Source: an uncultured Bifidobacterium sp. (GTDB lineage Bacteria; Actinomycetota; Acidimicrobiia; Acidimicrobiales; Ilumatobacteraceae). Taken from it: a stretch of DNA of 64,000 nt. The stretch is taken from positions 7,422 through 71,421 of the forward strand of contig CAYSPE010000003.1 of NCBI GenBank assembly GCA_964432845.1. Direction: 5' to 3'. A program made the position numbers and the translations under genes. Shown here one piece after another: positions 24,671-31,709 of this stretch. The notes under the pieces are model-generated. The model had not been told where the DNA came from. It worked only from the letters and a program-made list of their open reading frames with translations, and searched no databases. Numbering within the stretch: position 1 is the stretch's first letter; every line of letters starts with the position of its first letter.

Positions 24671-25243
24671 ATGCGCACTACTCTTTTCGTTGTGTCCCCC
24701 ACCCGCACCGTTGCTGACATTTTGGCTACTGCCCAACGTATGGGCACACTGGGCGACCGACCCATTCCCGAGGTCATCGAACATGCGCGGCACTTTGTGG
24801 ACGCACTTCCCGCTTCAGCTCAACTAGTTATTGATATTGGTACCGGGGCCGGTGTGCCGGGGTTAGTGATCGCCCAGGACCGCCCCGATCTCACATTGGT
24901 CCTGGTCGACCGCCGTGAGACCCGCATGGATGCTTTGGCGCGCGGGGTCGCGGCAGCCGGAATGGCCGAGCGAGTCACGGTGCTCACCGCCGATGTCCTT
25001 GACCTGGGGCGAGACCCACAGCATCACGAAAAATACGACGTGGTGGTGTGCCGAGGCTTCGGCAGCCCCGACGTCACAGCACCCCTCGCGAGACCCCTCC
25101 TAAAAAACGGAGGGACGTTAATCGTGTCGGAACCCCCCTCCCCAGACCCCTCTCGGTGGCCCCAAGACCTCCTCGACAGGGTGGGTTTTGGGGCCCCTGA
25201 ATACTTACCCGGAGTGGTTCGCCTCACAGCAAGTCCTTACTAA
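24671..25243 (+). CDS. rsmG: 16S rRNA (guanine527-N7)-methyltransferase RsmG/GidB
   Basis: 190 aa. SAM motif IDIGTGAGVPGLVIA, at the conserved position before parA. Confidence 0.85.
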   Translation: MRTTLFVVSPTRTVADILATAQRMGTLGDRPIPEVIEHARHFVDALPASAQLVIDIGTGAGVPGLVIAQDRPDLTLVLVDRRETRMDALARGVAAAGMAERVTVLTADVLDLGRDPQHHEKYDVVVCRGFGSPDVTAPLARPLLKNGGTLIVSEPPSPDPSRWPQDLLDRVGFGAPEYLPGVVRLTASPY

Positions 25244-25259
25244 ATAAGCACTTGAGGGT

Positions 25260-25268
25260 TTGTCCACA
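25260..25268 (+). promoter_or_regulatory. Perfect actinobacterial DnaA box TTGTCCACA
   Basis: Exact 9-mer, 1 nt upstream of the first parS. Confidence 0.6.
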
Positions 25269-25269
25269 G

Positions 25270-25285
25270 TGTTTCACGTGAAACA
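25270..25285. promoter_or_regulatory. parS site 1 (TGTTTCACGTGAAACA)
   Basis: Exact 16-bp palindrome matching the ParB-binding consensus TGTTNCACGTGAAACA. Confidence 0.88.
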
Positions 25286-25309
25286 CCCGAGGTTTGAAAA
25301 AGTTCCAGA

Positions 25310-25325
25310 TGTTTCACGTGAAACA
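25310..25325. promoter_or_regulatory. parS site 2 (TGTTTCACGTGAAACA)
   Basis: Exact repeat of the 16-bp palindrome, 40 bp from site 1. Confidence 0.88.
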
Positions 25326-25361
25326 TTGGAGCGGTTGACCCAGCCGAAAACCTTTGGACAA

Positions 25362-25377
25362 AGTTTCACGTGAAACA
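25362..25377. promoter_or_regulatory. parS site 3 (AGTTTCACGTGAAACA)
   Basis: The 14-bp core GTTTCACGTGAAAC is identical; there is one flank mismatch. Confidence 0.85.
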
Positions 25378-25395
25378 TTTGCCCACATCCACCTG

Positions 25396-25404
25396 TTATC
25401 CACA
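25396..25404 (+). promoter_or_regulatory. Perfect DnaA box TTATCCACA
   Basis: Exact 9-mer, 19 nt after parS 3 and 60 nt before the parA ATG. Confidence 0.6.
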
Positions 25405-25463
25405 CCCCGCCCCTACACTTTGGCTATCCATTGAGGGACCTGTGATATAGGAGTTCAGACCTT

Positions 25464-26267
25464 ATGAGCGATTCACCTGCCTCGGACTGCACAGTCCTGG
25501 CCATCTCGTTGCAGAAAGGTGGCGTTGGCAAAACAACCACCGCTATCAACCTGGGCGCAGCTTTGGCTGAACTGGGCTTTCGCACCCTCATTATTGACCT
25601 TGACCCGCAAGGCAACGCCTCTTCCGGATTAGGAATCAACGCTCCCGATGACGCGCCCACCATTGCAGAGGTGCTCCGCCGCGAAGAGACCCTCGATGCC
25701 ATCATTGAGCCAACAGCCGAAAAGAACCTGTTTGTGGCTCCTGCGCCCAAGGGCCAGCAACTTGCTGAGGTAGAGGCTCAGTTGGTGTCAGAGATGTTCC
25801 CCCAGCCCCGTTTGAAAGAGGCAATCGACGCATGTCGAGAGGATTGGGACTACGTATTGCTTGACTGTCCTCCTACTCTTGGACGCCTGACGGTTAATGC
25901 ATTTATGGCCGCCGATTCCATCTTGGCCCCCGTTCAGTGCCAGTACTTCGCGCTTGAGGGCCTGCGCGATCTCAGTGAAGTGGTGAAGCAGGTGCGTCAA
26001 GCCCTGAACCCGCACCTTGAAATTGGGCACTACTTGCTCACCATGTCAGAAGGCACAAAGAAGTTGTCCCAGGAAGTCGAAGCCGAATTGCGCAATGCCT
26101 TTGGTGACCGCGTCTTCAAGACGGTTATTCCCTACAACGTGAAGTTGGCCGAAGCGCCATCAATGGAGCGCTCCGTTCTCAAACACGCTTCTGCATCAAA
26201 GGGTGCAAAGGCTTATCGCACAGTGGCAAAGGAGTTGAGCAATGGCCGAACGCCGAAAGCTAGGTAG
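25464..26267 (+). CDS. parA: Chromosome partitioning ATPase ParA/Soj
   Basis: 267 aa with the deviant Walker A QKGGVGKTT. It sits next to parS and parB. Confidence 0.93.
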   Translation: MSDSPASDCTVLAISLQKGGVGKTTTAINLGAALAELGFRTLIIDLDPQGNASSGLGINAPDDAPTIAEVLRREETLDAIIEPTAEKNLFVAPAPKGQQLAEVEAQLVSEMFPQPRLKEAIDACREDWDYVLLDCPPTLGRLTVNAFMAADSILAPVQCQYFALEGLRDLSEVVKQVRQALNPHLEIGHYLLTMSEGTKKLSQEVEAELRNAFGDRVFKTVIPYNVKLAEAPSMERSVLKHASASKGAKAYRTVAKELSNGRTPKAR

Positions 26268-27189
26268 GGGATTATCCACGCTTATTCCAACAGAGCGCAC
26301 CCCAGCAAATGAACCCACCACTGAAACGCCTGCACCAAAAGGAGCAGGGAGAGTAGCGCCAGAGATTACGGCTGAATTGCCGGCATCGGCGCTTCGCGAC
26401 GTGCCCACTACCTCAATTGAGCCAAACCCTAATCAACCCCGCGTTCATTTTGATGAAGACTCGCTGAGCGACTTGGCCAAGTCGATCAAAGAAATTGGCG
26501 TCTTGCAGCCACTGTTGGTGCGCGAGGTGTCGCCAGGGAAGTACCAACTCATTGCGGGTGAGCGTCGCTGGCGTGCAGCACAACGCGCCAAGCTCACCGA
26601 AGTTCCAGTGGTGGTGCGCGAAATTTCCGAACTTGATTCTGTCGAGCAGGCTCTGGTTGAAAACTTGCACCGTCAAGATCTCACCGCTTTGGAAGAAGCA
26701 TCGGCCTACCAACAGCTCACCGATGATTTTTCACTAACGCACGAGCAAGTCGCAAAACGTGTGGGGAAGAGCCGCGCCGCTGTCACCAATGCGCTGCGTT
26801 TGTTGCAAACCCCAGCAGCGGTGCAAGGGTTCTTGGCCGATGGCCGTCTGAGCGCCGGTCATGCTCGTGCCTTGCTGGGATGTGACGATGCCTCCACCAT
26901 GGAAAAGCTCGCTGACTTGGCAGTGAGCCAAGGATGGTCGGTTCGCGCCACAGAAGATGCAGTGAAAAACGGAGTACCTGGTGAACCCAAGCCAGTGGGC
27001 AAGGGTGGCAATGGCGGACGCGGTGGCAGCACATTGCGCCCGGCTGGCTTGCTGGAACTGGAAAATCTGTTGGCAGAGCATCTTGAAACAAAGGTGCATG
27101 TCACCATGGGTGACAAGCGCGGCAAGATCTCCATCGACTTTGCTGACTTGCTCGACCTTGAGCGCATTTATCGCCGCATGGCCGAATAG
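26242..27189 (+). CDS. parB: Chromosome partitioning protein ParB/Spo0J
   Basis: 315 aa. N-terminus RGLSTLIP, ParB box GERRWRAA, and an HTH. AAGGAG lies upstream. It overlaps the parA end by 26 nt. Confidence 0.93.
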   Translation: MAERRKLGRGLSTLIPTERTPANEPTTETPAPKGAGRVAPEITAELPASALRDVPTTSIEPNPNQPRVHFDEDSLSDLAKSIKEIGVLQPLLVREVSPGKYQLIAGERRWRAAQRAKLTEVPVVVREISELDSVEQALVENLHRQDLTALEEASAYQQLTDDFSLTHEQVAKRVGKSRAAVTNALRLLQTPAAVQGFLADGRLSAGHARALLGCDDASTMEKLADLAVSQGWSVRATEDAVKNGVPGEPKPVGKGGNGGRGGSTLRPAGLLELENLLAEHLETKVHVTMGDKRGKISIDFADLLDLERIYRRMAE

Positions 27190-27224
27190 CTCAAAGTCTC
27201 TACCAAAATTACAGCTTTGTAATT

Positions 27225-27299
27225 TTCTCCACAGATATCAACCTCTTGTTGGGGTTGAAACTTGAGGTTTACCCACAAGTGTGGATTACCTGTGGATAA
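27225..27299. promoter_or_regulatory. Dense DnaA-box cluster downstream of parB
   Basis: Boxes: TTCTCCACA 27225-27233, TTACCCACA 27269-27277, TGTGGATTA 27280-27288, and TGTGGATAA 27291-27299 (perfect). The cluster is preceded by the AT-only palindrome AAAATTACA-GCTT-TGTAATTTT at 27205-27226. Confidence 0.55.
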
Positions 27300-28145
27300 C
27301 TACAGTTCTGTCAGCGGATCGCGACGCCACATCTCAAGGGCATCATTCACTGCGCCAGAGAGAGCCACAGTTTTGAGTGACACAACATCGTGTGGCGCCA
27401 TCGAACACAACACTGCCGTCATTCGAGTTTCACGAAGAACGGGATGGCGCACGCCCTGGGTGTGAACGGCTAGTTCCGGCACGCGAGACGAGATGGCCGC
27501 TGCAATACGACGAGCCAAGTTTCGACCACCCACGCTCACAAACGTGGGAACTTCGTAATAGTAGATAGTGCATCCAGAATCGTGGGACGATTCAAAACCC
27601 ACGTACACATCAGCGTTGAATCTATTTGCCGCTTGTGCTTGAAACAGAGCATCGGATTCCACAGTGGTGGTGAGGGGATGAGTGTTCTTGGCACGTAGTG
27701 CCACTGCGTGAGCAAGCGCCATTGCACCGGGGAAGTAACCCACCACAATGCGAGCTTCATCTCGCGCATCGACAGAAGACAAGTCAATTGATTCGCGAAC
27801 GACAGCAACTCCCGGACCCTCACCCGACTGAGATGCCATGCGCTTCATTTTCACTACCAACTCTGGAGTGCAAATTCCGTTGGGTTCTAGCCCCATGTTT
27901 GTTTGAAATTCTGAAATGGCGCGCACCAGGAGTGGCCCAAAAATTCCGTCAACGCGTCCACAGTCAAACCCCAATCGATTCAGTAACGACTGCAGTTCTG
28001 CAACATCGTCACCTCGCGTATTTGGAGAGCGAAGAAAGAGCAACCGATCACCAAGCGACCACGACGCTTCAATCAGCGCAGACCACGTTTGTTCGTCAAC
28101 ATCACCCGTTGCACGCAATCCGTATGAATCTTGAAATGCGAGCAC
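27300..28145 (-). CDS. cwlM: N-acetylmuramoyl-L-alanine amidase-like regulator CwlM (PG-binding domains + amidase_3); the true start is probably upstream of the canonical GTG
   Basis: ORF 27300..28145 starts at GTG. The open frame continues upstream to 28343 and encodes the first half of a PG_binding_1 domain (GHRGPAVHDLQRRLSAAGF...) with no ATG/GTG/TTG. It sits at the conserved position beside trxA/trxB. Confidence 0.8.
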   Translation of the reverse strand: MLAFQDSYGLRATGDVDEQTWSALIEASWSLGDRLLFLRSPNTRGDDVAELQSLLNRLGFDCGRVDGIFGPLLVRAISEFQTNMGLEPNGICTPELVVKMKRMASQSGEGPGVAVVRESIDLSSVDARDEARIVVGYFPGAMALAHAVALRAKNTHPLTTTVESDALFQAQAANRFNADVYVGFESSHDSGCTIYYYEVPTFVSVGGRNLARRIAAAISSRVPELAVHTQGVRHPVLRETRMTAVLCSMAPHDVVSLKTVALSGAVNDALEMWRRDPLTEL

Positions 28146-28261
28146 GGCCGCGTGAGTACGTGCGCAGAAAGTGGAATCTTCTGCCGCACCAGGCGCTAAG
28201 AAACCCGCAGCAGATAAGCGACGCTGTAAGTCATGAACCGCGGGTCCGCGGTGACCAGGAC

Positions 28262-28600
28262 TTATTGGCCAGCTGGAAGAAATGGAGAAAGCTCCTCGAG
28301 CATGCGACCCTTTGGCATCGCGCCGACGATCTTGTGCTTCAACTCACCATCTGCAAACAACAACATGGTGGGAATACTCATGACATTGAAACGTCCGGCA
28401 ATATCGCCGTAGTCATCGACGTTGAGTTTTGCAATTGAAATCTTAGTGGGATTTTCTTGTGCGATTTGTTCGAGGATGGGAGCGATTTGCTTGCAAGGTC
28501 CGCACCACTCGGCCCAGAAATCAACAAGGATCGGCTTGTCTGATGAGTTCACAACTTCATCAAAAGTTGCGCTAGTGAGATTGACGATTCCTTCAGCCAT
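28262..28600 (-). CDS. trxA: Thioredoxin
   Basis: 112 aa with the WCGPCK active site. Confidence 0.95.
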   Translation of the reverse strand: MAEGIVNLTSATFDEVVNSSDKPILVDFWAEWCGPCKQIAPILEQIAQENPTKISIAKLNVDDYGDIAGRFNVMSIPTMLLFADGELKHKIVGAMPKGRMLEELSPFLPAGQ

Positions 28601-28641
28601 GACAGCACCTTTCGTTGCTCTTCATGTTACTGCTACGAGGT

Positions 28642-29169
28642 TCAGGAACTGTGAGGGTTGAACACCTGTACTTCGGGGACCATATCGATAGTGGGTCCTC
28701 CGCAGGTGGCAACGCAATCGGGAATTGCGGCCATGACAGCGTCGAGACATTCGGCAATAGCACTGGGCTTGCCCGGCAAGTTCACGATGAGACTGGTTCC
28801 CCGAATACCCGCCAATTGACGGGACAAAATGGCCGTCGGAACGATGTTGTATGACACGCGGCGCATGACTTCGCCAAACCCAGGGAGCACACGTTGCACC
28901 ACTGATTCTGTCGCCTCCGGAGTGACGTCTCGCGGAGATGGCCCTGTGCCACCTGTGGTGAATACCAATGAGCAGTGTTCATTGTCGACCAAGTCAACGA
29001 GTGTGCTTTTGATGGTGGAGAAATCATCGGGAATGAGACGTTCGACGAATTCGTGTTCTGTGGTGATGCGGGCGCGAAGATAATCGCGAAGCGCAGGCGT
29101 ACCGCGATCGTCGTATTGACCCGATGATGCGCGGTCGGAAGCAGCAACGAGTCCGATACGCAGCGTCAT
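28642..29169 (-). CDS. MoaB/MogA-family molybdenum cofactor biosynthesis domain protein
   Basis: 175 aa with the MoCF_biosynth motif VFTTGGTGPSPRDVTPEA and NLPGKPSA. Confidence 0.8.
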   Translation of the reverse strand: MTLRIGLVAASDRASSGQYDDRGTPALRDYLRARITTEHEFVERLIPDDFSTIKSTLVDLVDNEHCSLVFTTGGTGPSPRDVTPEATESVVQRVLPGFGEVMRRVSYNIVPTAILSRQLAGIRGTSLIVNLPGKPSAIAECLDAVMAAIPDCVATCGGPTIDMVPEVQVFNPHSS

Positions 29170-29175
29170 GTGTTC

Positions 29176-30120
29176 CTAATGTTGCGCCTCGAGCCAGCGC
29201 TCGCAGTCGATTGCGGCGGCACAGCCTGATCCGGCAGCGGTGATGGCCTGACGATACACATGGTCTTGCACGTCGCCAGCTGCAAATACGCCGTCAACAT
29301 TGGTGTAGGTAGAGCCCTCACGCGTGAGGAGATAGCCGCTCTCTTCCATATCCAAAACGCCCGTAAATATTGAGGTATTGGGCTTGTGACCGATGGCGAT
29401 GAACAGGCCCGTAACGGCGAGTGGAGCAGAAGAGCCGTCGGCATTGTTCTTTAGAGTGACGCCAGTGAGAGATGCATCACCATGCAATTCTGTGACCTGA
29501 GAGTTCCAGTGAATCTGGATCTTTTCATTGGTGAGCGCACGCTCTTGCATGATGCGCGACGCACGCAACACATCGCGACGAACGATGAGATGCACTTTGG
29601 TGGCGAACTTGGTGAGGAAGATGGCCTCTTCGATTGCTGAGTCGCCGCCTCCGACCACTGCAATTTCGTGGTTACGGAAGAAGAAACCGTCGCATGTGGC
29701 ACAGGTGGAGACGCCATGACCAATTAATTCGCTTTCACGTGGCAAGTCGAGCATGAGCGACTGGGCACCAGTGGCAACGATGATGGCATCGGCAGTGTGT
29801 TCTTGGTCGCGAATCCACACCTTGAATGGACGAGATGAGAAATCGACCTTGGTGACTTTTTCGGTAATGAATTCGGCACCAAAGCGAGCAGCTTGCGTGC
29901 GGAAGTTCATCATGAGCTCGGGACCCATGATTCCCTCGGGGACCCCGGGGAAGTTCTCGATTTCAGTGGTGAGCATGAGTTGGCCACCTGGCTGGTCGCT
30001 GGTGCTACTTGGCTCGCCTTCGATGACCAGTGGGGCCAACGAAGCGCGAGCGGTGTAGATAGCTGCTGTGAGACCGGCAGGTCCTGAACCAATAATGATG
30101 ACTTTGTGCTGTGCACTCAC
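29176..30120 (-). CDS. trxB: Thioredoxin-disulfide reductase
   Basis: 314 aa. GSGPAG FAD motif, redox CATCDG, and GGGDSA NADPH motif. Confidence 0.95.
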   Translation of the reverse strand: MSAQHKVIIIGSGPAGLTAAIYTARASLAPLVIEGEPSSTSDQPGGQLMLTTEIENFPGVPEGIMGPELMMNFRTQAARFGAEFITEKVTKVDFSSRPFKVWIRDQEHTADAIIVATGAQSLMLDLPRESELIGHGVSTCATCDGFFFRNHEIAVVGGGDSAIEEAIFLTKFATKVHLIVRRDVLRASRIMQERALTNEKIQIHWNSQVTELHGDASLTGVTLKNNADGSSAPLAVTGLFIAIGHKPNTSIFTGVLDMEESGYLLTREGSTYTNVDGVFAAGDVQDHVYRQAITAAGSGCAAAIDCERWLEAQH

Positions 30121-30123
30121 GAC

Positions 30124-30450
30124 TTACTTCTCTTCTTTTGTGTAACGGCGGCGCATCAGAACACTTCCGATGACTAGGAAAACCGCGCTGAGGATGAAAT
30201 ACGAGGCCCAGACGGATGCTTGATGATTCACGAGGGCATCGAGTGCGGACTGGAGTCCGCGTACAAGGCCAACCACGAACAACACGATGATGGCAACAAC
30301 GCCGAACGAACCAAGCAGACCAAACACCACGCCCCGGGCGGTGGTGACAAGCGGCTGGGTGGTGTACTTGCGAACCAATGCCACCAGACGATCGATGAAA
30401 TCAACTGTGCGCGTTGCCCATTCGGGATCTGTGAGTGGGTTCGACACCAT
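30124..30450 (-). CDS. Small membrane protein (two TM helices; holin-X/DUF1469-like topology)
   Basis: 108 aa with two long hydrophobic helices and a basic C-terminus. Confidence 0.55.
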   Translation of the reverse strand: MVSNPLTDPEWATRTVDFIDRLVALVRKYTTQPLVTTARGVVFGLLGSFGVVAIIVLFVVGLVRGLQSALDALVNHQASVWASYFILSAVFLVIGSVLMRRRYTKEEK

Positions 30451-30473
30451 GGTGCCAGCCTAACGGCGACCAG

Positions 30474-31112
30474 TTAGTCGATGACGTTGTCGTAGTCGGG
30501 GTGAGGGGTTCTCCCCACTTCTGCGTTTTGAGCGCAGGAGAACAAGATGAGGTTTGTAGAGGTGGCAAGAACTCGGTATTTGATTCCCGTCATCGTGAAT
30601 GAGCCCAACAGTGTTTCGTCTGCGGCCGGTGGATTCGCGCAATCAACTGGGTCTTTCAAGGTGGGCACGGTGGAGGGGAAATTGATGTACGCCGCTGTGG
30701 CACACGAATTGTTGTTCTTGAATGCCACGCGACCATCGGTGACGTCAACCTGCATTGGCTGGGTATCCATTGTGTACAGCGCCACGGTTTCAGTATCGGC
30801 CAGATAACACGAGTGCGGAAACCCAGGAATGGTGGCGTCAGGTGCCATATTTTTCGGAATTTGAATCACTTTGATGGCGTGCGCCGTTACCACGTTCTGT
30901 GGCGAGGCGCCTTTGCGAGTGGCCAAGGTGGAACCCACACCCAACAACAGCAGAACGGCTGCGGCAACGGCTAAGGGGGAGAGGCGGCGCCGTTTGGTGG
31001 GCATGGCTGAAATGGCTGCGGCGATGTGTGCATCACGAAGGTCGGCTGAAACCGGAGGCACGCGAGACAACGCATCATCAATATGTGGTGGGAGTGTGTT
31101 CTCGTCACTCAT
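30474..31112 (-). CDS. Putative anti-sigma factor (single-pass membrane protein)
   Basis: 212 aa. Cytoplasmic N-terminus, one TM (LAVAAAVLLLLGVGSTL), and a Cys-containing ectodomain. It lies directly downstream of the ECF sigma gene, as with SigM/anti-SigM. Confidence 0.55.
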   Translation of the reverse strand: MSDENTLPPHIDDALSRVPPVSADLRDAHIAAAISAMPTKRRRLSPLAVAAAVLLLLGVGSTLATRKGASPQNVVTAHAIKVIQIPKNMAPDATIPGFPHSCYLADTETVALYTMDTQPMQVDVTDGRVAFKNNNSCATAAYINFPSTVPTLKDPVDCANPPAADETLLGSFTMTGIKYRVLATSTNLILFSCAQNAEVGRTPHPDYDNVID

Positions 31113-31142
31113 AAAGAACTCCTTGTTGCTTCTCTCGTTGTG

Positions 31143-31619
31143 TCAGACGCCGTGGCTGCCATGTGAGTTCCCCAGTATTTCAGTGAGTTGAGCTCGTCCG
31201 CGAGCAAGCCGTGATCGCACCGTACCCACGGGAATATCGAGAGCAATTGCGATGTCTTCGTATTCCATGTCGGCGACATGGCGCAACACCACCACGGCGC
31301 GAAACTCTTCTGGCAATTGGGCCAAAGCCTGAGAGACATCAAGTTGAGCGTCCACTGCATGTGTGCCATCGGAAACCGGAGGTGTAGTTAAGGCGTCATG
31401 ATGTGTGGGGATAGCTCGGCGCTTCGTTCGACGTATTTCGTCAAGTGCGGCATTGGTTGCTATGCGATATGCCCAGGTGGAGAATTTGGAGCGACGATCG
31501 AATGAGGGAAGCGCCCGCACAATGGAGATGAGGGCTACCTGCGTGGCGTCATCAGCGTCGGCTGCATTGAGAACGATGCGATGACAGACTGCGCGAACCA
31601 TGTCGTAATGCGCACGCAA
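31143..31619 (-). CDS. ECF-type RNA polymerase sigma factor (SigM-like); canonical TTG start, N-terminus probably longer
   Basis: It has region 2 (FSTWAYRIATNAALDEIRR) and region 4 (MEYEDIAIALDIPVGTVRSRLARGR). The upstream in-frame sequence DDLLIKRAQRGDARATDALL resembles region 2.1 but lacks a canonical start. Confidence 0.85.
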   Translation of the reverse strand: MRAHYDMVRAVCHRIVLNAADADDATQVALISIVRALPSFDRRSKFSTWAYRIATNAALDEIRRTKRRAIPTHHDALTTPPVSDGTHAVDAQLDVSQALAQLPEEFRAVVVLRHVADMEYEDIAIALDIPVGTVRSRLARGRAQLTEILGNSHGSHGV

Positions 31620-31709
31620 TAACGCGTCGGTCGCTCGAGCGTCGCCGCGCTGGGCTCTTTTGATGAGAAGGTCGTCGTCGTGTGCGATGACCCGAGAATA
31701 CTCAGCGAA

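Noticed and set aside
25270-25377. Three near-identical 16-bp repeats with 24- and 36-bp spacers: could this be a mini CRISPR array?
   Set aside because: The repeats are palindromic parS consensus sites and are too short for CRISPR repeats. The spacing is irregular, they sit directly upstream of parAB, and there are no cas genes.
28236-28251. Palindrome ACCGCGG-AC-CCGCGGT just downstream of trxA as a terminator.
   Set aside because: The loop is too small and there is no U-tract. It also lies within the open cwlM upstream frame (codons GHRGPAV), so it is more likely coding sequence.
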